64,000 nucleotides of DNA, taken from NCBI RefSeq assembly GCF_009914755.1, contig NC_060926.1, one strand, 5' to 3'. This document shows, piece after piece, positions 49,479 through 64,000 of the stretch (positions are counted from its first letter, which is position 1; each line of letters starts with the position of its first letter). This stretch comes from the human T2T-CHM13v2.0 reference genome, Homo sapiens. The position numbers and the translations under genes were made by a program. Below the pieces are notes generated by a model. It was not told the origin of the DNA. It did no database searches and was given only the letters and a program-made list of their open reading frames with translations.

Positions 49479-50002
49479 TTAACAAAAATGAGGTCATACT
49501 GGAGAAAATTCTCTTCAGCTTGCTCTTTTCATTTAATGATATATCATACCCATCTCTTGATTTCAGTATACATAGATCTCTCATTTTTATTAACTGCTAC
49601 ATTATTTTCCAATGTATGGAAGTAACTTTTTTTAAGGTTTTAATGAGGTGTAACTGACATACAGTAAACTGTATTCAAAGTGTACAACTTGGTAAGTTTT
49701 AATATATGTAGACACTTGTGAAATTTTCACCGTAATCAAGAAAATGAACATGTCCATTCCCTTCAAGTTTCCTTGTGCCCCTTTGTAATTCCTCCCTCCC
49801 ACCCCTCCCCTTCTCCCCACTCACCTCCACCACTAGCATCCACTGATTTGCCTTCTGTCTCTATAGATTAGTTTGCATTTTCTAGTACAGTAAAAGAAAG
49901 TATTGTATGTACTCTATTTCTAACTTCTTTCACTCAGCATAATTATTCTGAAATTCATCCATGTTGTATATGTTTAACATACACAGTAGGTGTATGTTTA
50001 AC

Positions 50003-50555
<553 letters not shown>

Positions 50556-51520
50556 TTATACCATTTTATATTCCCACCAGCAGTGTATGAAAGTTCCAGT
50601 TCCTCTACATCCTTATCAACACTTGGTAAGCTCAGTACTTTTAATTTCAGCTATTCAAATAGGTGTGTAGTAGTATTTTACTGTGCCTTTCATTTGCACG
50701 TTTCTAATGACTAATGATATTCAGCATCTTTTCATGTGCTTATTTACCATCTGTATATCTTCTTTGGTGAAGTATCTTAAAATACTTCATTTTTACTGTG
50801 TTGTTTGCTTTCTTATTATTGAATTTTGGGAGTTTTAAATTTATTCTGATTATGAATCTTTTATCAACAGTAAAAAGGAACAAACTATTGATACATGTAG
50901 CAACACAGATAAATCTCAAAATAATTATGCTGAGTAAGAGAGGCCAGACAAAAAGATAACACATATTAAATGATTCTGTTTATACAAAATATTGGAAAAT
51001 ACAAGTGAATCTACAATGCATTCTAGGTTCTTTAACCTTCCTTCTTTCCTTTTATTTTGCAGGTAAATTCTCCCTGACACCCAACCTTTTCCAGAGACCT
51101 GCTTCTCCTGCCCTGTAAGCTTCATTTCAAAGACTAGACATTATGTATTTTCTGCATTTTTCTGTAGCAGGGGAGACTGGTAGCCTTTATGAGGGTCTGG
51201 GTCTTTTGCTTTGTCAAATGATCCTTTACTGAAATATTTTACTTTGTAGTTCTTAACTAACTGGGCATTTGACTGCAACATTGTTGAGTCATCTCTTCCA
51301 ACTGGGCTGGTCTATTTGCTTGCTTTGAATATACCTCTTGTATTTATTCCCAAATTCACATCTTTATTCATGCTACCACTTGTGTAAAACATTATCTTCA
51401 CTATTTAAATACTCTTTATCCTTCAAAGCTCAAGTTAAATCCTACCTGCTCTTCCAACCTCATCTTGGGAATCTCTTCCTATCCTGAGTTCCTTTGGTCT
51501 TCACTGTCTTCACACTTATC

Positions 51521-53059
51521 ATAAAGGGCATCCAAATTGGAAAAAAGGAAGTCAAACTATCACTGTTCACCGATGATATAATCATATACCTAAAAAATCC
51601 TAAAGACTCTTCCAAGAAGCTCCTAGATCTGATAAATGGATTCAGTAAAGTTTCAGGATACAAAATCAATGTACATAAATCAGGAGCACTGCTATACACC
51701 AACAACAGCCAAGCTGAGAATCAACTCAATAACTCAATCCCTTTTATAAAGGTTGCAAAAAATAAAATAAAATACTTAGGAATACACTTAGCAAAGGAGG
51801 TGAAAGACTTCTACAAGGAAAACTACAAAACACTGCTGAAAGAAATCACAGATGACACAAACAAATGGAAACACATTCCATGCTCATGGATGGGTACAAT
51901 CAATATTGTAAAAATTACCGTACTGCCAAAAGCAATCTATAGATTCAATGCAATTTCCATCAAAACACCATCATCATTCTTCAAAGAAAAAACATTCCTA
52001 ACATTTATATAGAACCAAAAAAGAGCCCATAGAGCCAAAGCAACAATAAGCAGAAAGAATAAATCTGGAGGTGTCACATTACCCAACTTCAAACTATACT
52101 ATCAGGCTTTAGTTACCAAAACAGCATGGTACTGGTATAAAAATAGGCATATAGACCAATGGAACAGAATATAGAACTCAGAAATAAAGCCAAATACTTA
52201 CAGCCAACTAATCTTCAACAAAACATACAAAAACATGAACCAGGGAAAGGATACTCTATTCAATAAATGGTGCTGGGATAACTGACAAGCCACATAACAG
52301 AAGAATGAAACTGGATGCTCATCTCTCACCTTAAGCAAAAATCAACCCAAGATGGATCAAAGATTTAAATCTAAGACTTGAAACCATAAAAATTCTAGAA
52401 GATAACATCGGAAAAACTCTTCTAGACATTGGCTTAGGCAAAGAATTCATGACTAAGACCCCAAAAGCAAAACAAAATAAAACAAAAATAAATATAACAA
52501 CAAAAAATAAATATAACAAAAACAAAAATAAATAAATCAGACCTAGTTAAGCTGAAAAGCTTCTGCAAAGCAAAAGAAATAATCAGCAGAGTAAACAGAC
52601 AACCCACAGAGTGGGAGAAAATATTCTCAAACTATGTATCTGACAAAGGACTAATATCCAGAATCTACAAGGAACTCAAATCAGCAAGAAATAAAACAAA
52701 TAATCCTGTCAAAAAGTGAGCAAAGGACATGAATAGGCAATTCTCAAAAGAAGATGTACAAACAGCCAACAAACATATGAAAAAAATGCTCAACATCACT
52801 AGTTATCAAGGAAATGCAAATGAAAACCACAATGAGATACCACTTTACTCCTGCATGCATGGCCATAAAAAAAGAAAAATAGATGTTGGCATGTATGTAG
52901 TGAAAAGGAAACACTTTTACACTGCTGGTGGGAATGTAAACTAGTACAATCACTATGGAAAACAGTATGGAGATTCCTTAAAGAACTAAAAGCAGAACTA
53001 CCATTTGATCCAGCAATCCCATTACTGGGTATCTCCCAAAGGAAAAGAAGTAATTATAT

Positions 53060-53090
<31 letters not shown>

Positions 53091-53177
53091 CACATGCACA
53101 TGCATGTTTATAGCAGCACAATTTGCAATTGCAAAAACATGGAACCAATCTAAATGCCCATCAACCAACAAGTGGAT
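51521..53177 (+). mobile_element. L1PB-like ORF2 fragment lacking its 3'UTR
   Basis: [19 protein letters not shown]...KAIYRFNAI; ends at caaccaacaagtggat. Confidence 0.8.
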
Positions 53178-57900
<4,723 letters not shown>

Positions 57901-58022
57901 GAAAACTACAAAAAAACAAACAAACAAAAAACACACATCTGGGCCAGACGCGGTGGCTCACGCCTGTAATCCCAGCACCTTGGGAGGCTGAGGTGGGTGG
58001 ATCACCCGAGGTCAGCAGTTCA

Positions 58023-58340
<318 letters not shown>

Positions 58341-58984
58341 TTATATAAGGAAAATTATATAATGAAGAATTCTTGGGATATGAACCCCATTGAGATTCTG
58401 TAAACTGTCTATTATTTAAGTGGGTTACATAATAGAAATCACATTGCAACACACAGTCTTACCTTGGATCTACAGAAAACGGCTTAGCTCAGTGTTTTTA
58501 AACTGAAGGTCATAAACCTTGGTGAGTCATGAAATCAATTTAGTTACTCTAAGCAACCCTTGAATAAAGAAATAGAAACAGGGTAGAATAAAATAAATGG
58601 AAAATACTAGATGCACACCTCCCATGGTAAAAACTGTACTGGAAACTTTTGTTCCTGTTTTATATATGTGTATATGTTATGTACACATGTGCTGGTCCAT
58701 GATGGAAAGTGTGTTTCTTACTGGGAGCATGCCAATGGCCTAGCTGATGTAGTCATGTAAAACAAGTGCTTAGTGCTTACTTATAAATGGCCGAGATCCC
58801 TTGAAAAGTTTCTATATGCTTAAACCAAGAACATTGTGAATAAGGAATGATTTTTCCAAGTAACTGTGTAAGTTGCTCAATATAGACAGATCTCTGGGCC
58901 ATGTCTCAAAAGCATTTTGAAAATCGTTTCCTGTCATCACCCTCCAAAATTGATAAATGTACTAAGTATAATTAAAAGACAATA

Positions 58985-59375
58985 GGCAAAATGTAAAATG
59001 GTTCAGTCACTGTGGAAAACAATTTGAGTTTCTCAAAAACTTAAACACAGAATTACCACATGACCCTGCAATTCCACTCTTAGGTATATATTCCAAAGAA
59101 ATGAAAGCAGGGACACAAACAAGAACATAGTTCACCCATGTTCATAGCAGAACTATTCACAAGAGGCAAAACAGGGGAACAGCCCAAATGTCTATCAGTA
59201 GATGAATGAATAAACCAACTGTGATGTATACAAACAATGGAATATCATTCAGCCATAAAAAGAACAAAGTGCCAATACATGCTGCAAGGTATATGACCCT
59301 CCAAGACATAAGTGAAAGAAGTCAGACATAAAAGGTCGCATTGTATGATTCCATGTCTATGAAATATCCAGAATG
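58985..59375 (+). mobile_element. L1MB-like fragment
   Basis: gaattaccacatgaccctgcaattccactcttaggtatata...; typical old L1 3' region. Confidence 0.65.
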
Positions 59376-59518
59376 GCTGGGTGCGGAGACTTAAACGTCT
59401 GTAATCCCAGCACATTGGGAGGCTGAGGCAGGTGGATCACTCGAGCCCAGGAGTTCAAGACCAGCATGGGCAACATGGTGAAACCCCATGTATACTAAAA
59501 ATACAAAAAAATTAGCTA

Positions 59519-59656
<138 letters not shown>

Positions 59657-59816
59657 TCAAATAAGCAAACAAACAAACAGACAAAAAATGAAAGACTAGA
59701 CCAACTGTGGTAGCTCATTCCTGTAATCTCAGCACTTTAGGAGGCTGAGGCAGGAGGATTGCTTCAGCCTAGGAGTTCCAGACCAGTCTGGGCAACATAG
59801 TGAGACCCCACCTCTA

Positions 59817-59981
<165 letters not shown>

Positions 59982-60286
59982 TTAAATTAATTAATTAATA
60001 AAGTAAGTAAATAAGTAAAAGACTATAGGCAGATATAAGTACTAGTAATACAAATACCCAGAATCTGGAAGGCAAATCTTTCTCAGCATATTAGAAACTA
60101 AATAAAAAAGAGTATCTTTATTTTTTCTTAAAATTAAAAAAAAATATGGTCATATAGAGAGTAAATAATCCTTAAAACCAAAGGCTAAATGGAAAAATGA
60201 ACTGTAGATAATTCTGAGCAACACCTCTGAGAGAAAACTGGCATATGCTTTTCTAGAAACATCTTTAAAAAATCAAATTCAGGCTA

Positions 60287-60430
<144 letters not shown>

Positions 60431-61515
60431 TTAGCCATTATAGTGCCATTGTACTTCAGCCTGGGTGACAGGGCAAGACCCTGTCTCAAAAAAAAAAAAA
60501 ATCAAATTCAGCAAGAGAGGAAACACTATTCTTAAATATAAAGGAGAAAATAAGGAAGAAAACAAAAACTTCTGAACAGAATTTTGGACTTGAAGGATGG
60601 GGAGAACAAACCAGGTTTCGTTTAATTTACACATCTTCTCCTTAAGAAGAAAAAAATGTAAAAAAGGTGTGTGGGAAGATAATGTGAATCAACTACCTTC
60701 CTCTTCCCTGGGTGAAAGTTTTTATTGCTGCTCTTACAGTATGTATCTGTGTTGGTAGAGAGTTCACCACAGGTGTCGGGTGCAGACTGGCCAACCCCTT
60801 GGGGGGTATGCTATGAAGACGGATGGCTGTCTAGACTAGATCAATGTTTTTCAAACTGAATAACAGAGCCCTAAGGGTCCTCTTGGCTGCTAGAGTAAGT
60901 GAAGAGAGGTGAGAGGGAAAAGGAAGTGGTGCTGTTGATGCTCCAGGCCTCTATGCCTAATTCATTCAGGTCAGGTTTGCTTTTATCTTTTAAATCCTAG
61001 GATTCCATGTTAAAGCTTCACTTGAAAATAGTTCTGTTGCTAAAGAAAATTATAAAAACCACTGGACTGGATCAAGGGTTCCCAAACCTGGCTCCTCAAC
61101 AGAATAACTAAAAGAGCCTTTTCAAGTTAGAAATTCCTGGGCCATACCTCTAGACCTACTGAAATAGTAACTCCCAGAAGGATTCTTGTGCAGCCAGCCC
61201 AAAGCTAGCCCGTGTGTTTGAGGAGTGCTGGACCAGATGATCCTTGCTTTCCTGAGTCTATGACAAAACAGAACTTAAATCAGTAGGCAAGAATCTCAGG
61301 CAAGAGAGCAGGTGGTAGCAGATGGAAAAAGAGAATATAGATAGCTAAATCACTAGGGTCTAATGAAGAAAACAAAAAAAATTGATAAATGAGGAGCTTG
61401 CCTAAGATCAGAAGTTGCTCTGGAGATTTAATTGCCTGGCAAAGGGCCCATTTTATCTCATAGCCTGTGATAACTATCCATATTGGTGATGGTAGTGAAA
61501 ATGGTTTAATGGAGC

Positions 61516-62946
<1,431 letters not shown>

Positions 62947-63084
62947 ACTAATTAATTAAAAAATCAATGTATTCCCTTTCAAAATTGAGATTCGGTTGCA
63001 ATAAAAACATAAAAAGCCCATGAATCACCTTCCTAGCTCCAGAGATGCTGTTCCAGAGGCTAGTCTGATAACAATTTTGTCTGC

Positions 63085-63780
63085 AGATATCATGCCCAAC
63101 TTGACTTCTTCAGCTCTGACCACTCTCCCTCTTCCCAGCAGCAGTGTCTGCGTGCTGGACATTTACACCTGAATGTCCTGCTCACAAAGCCTATTATTCA
63201 AAATGTCTAAAACCAAATTAACCATCTTTCTTCCAAAATAAAACAAATACATTTACCTCTTGATTTTCCTATTTCTATCAGTTACTTAAGATCAAAACTT
63301 CAGAGTCAACTTCTTCCTTTTTCTTTACTCTGCACAAGCACCAAATTCTGTTTATTCTTCTGTCACGATCTCTTGCTCACTGGCCCTTTTCTGCTTCTAA
63401 TTCTTCCTGCTGATCAGTCTAGCATGGTGTTACCAAATATATACACTTAATACACTAAATATAATGTCATTTATTTATCTTCAGTGGCTCTATAATGCCT
63501 TATACTTCAGCTATGAATTCAGGACCATGCACATCTTAAACCTACCCCCCATCTGGCCTATGTCATTCCAACCTTATCTTTCACCAATCTCCTAGAAAAG
63601 CCTTTCTTAAGGCAAACTATCCTATCCTCTATCTCATGAAAATGCCTTATATTTCCTCATCTCAGTGCTTTATGATTTTCTATCCACCTAGAATGCCCTT
63701 ATTTCAGTTTACCTATTCAAAGCATTAATTCAACAATATTTGTGTGTCAGGCATTGTGCTATGTACTGCAGGCAATATAA
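63085..63780 (+). mobile_element. L2-like fragment
   Basis: Degenerate pyrimidine-rich L2 motifs ending attcaacaatatttgtgtgtcaggcattgtgc. Confidence 0.5.
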
Positions 63781-63783
63781 ATA

Positions 63784-64000
63784 CAGGCATATCTTGTATA
63801 ATTATGCTTTGCTTGATCACACTTCACAGCTATTGCATTTTTTACAAATTGAAGGTTTGTGGCAACCCTGCATTGAGCAAGTCTATTGGCACCATTTCTC
63901 CAACAGCATGTGCTCATTTCATGTCTCTGTTACATTTTGGTAATTCTTGCAATATTTCAAACTATTTCATTATTATTATATCTGTTATGAGCTGTGATCA
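63784..64000 (+). mobile_element. Tigger1 5' end (runs off the window)
   Basis: TA then caggcata...; ttacaaattgaaggtttgtggcaaccctgc matches Tigger1. Confidence 0.85.

Noticed and set aside
52461-52535. Repeated acaaaaataaatataacaa units as a possible array
   Set aside because: A-rich slippage inside an L1; no repeat-spacer structure. No CRISPR-like array was seen anywhere in the window

Overview
Primate DNA, almost certainly human, from inside the METTL8 gene (SAM-dependent m3C tRNA methyltransferase), which is transcribed on the minus strand. Seven internal coding exons (35564-35655, 14314-14684, 12583-12632, 6935-6998, 5690-5829, 1173-1279, 972-1037; 890 nt) splice with canonical AG/GT sites into one open frame. 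The first and last exons lie outside the window, and exon numbers below are inferred. The rest is repeat-rich intron: about 45 Alus, a full-length ~6.15 kb L1PA, several truncated, inverted or nested L1s, two solo LTRs, DNA transposon fossils and an RPS26 processed pseudogene. I found no evidence of a new multi-gene system, and most ORFs in the track are Alu or L1 artefacts. The most unusual signals are retrotransposition and repair fossils. (1) A 24-nt tRNA-Asp(GTC) 5' fragment was retroposed with an A-rich tail and TSD at the same TT|AA centre as the RPS26 pseudogene. (2) Two L1 copies 22.5 kb apart share non-consensus mutations, including a frameshift. (3) A ~160-bp segment was copied across ~14.6 kb into an L1MB. 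Repeat subfamily names come from remembered consensus sequences and need RepeatMasker/Dfam confirmation; repeat edges are approximate unless TSDs are given.
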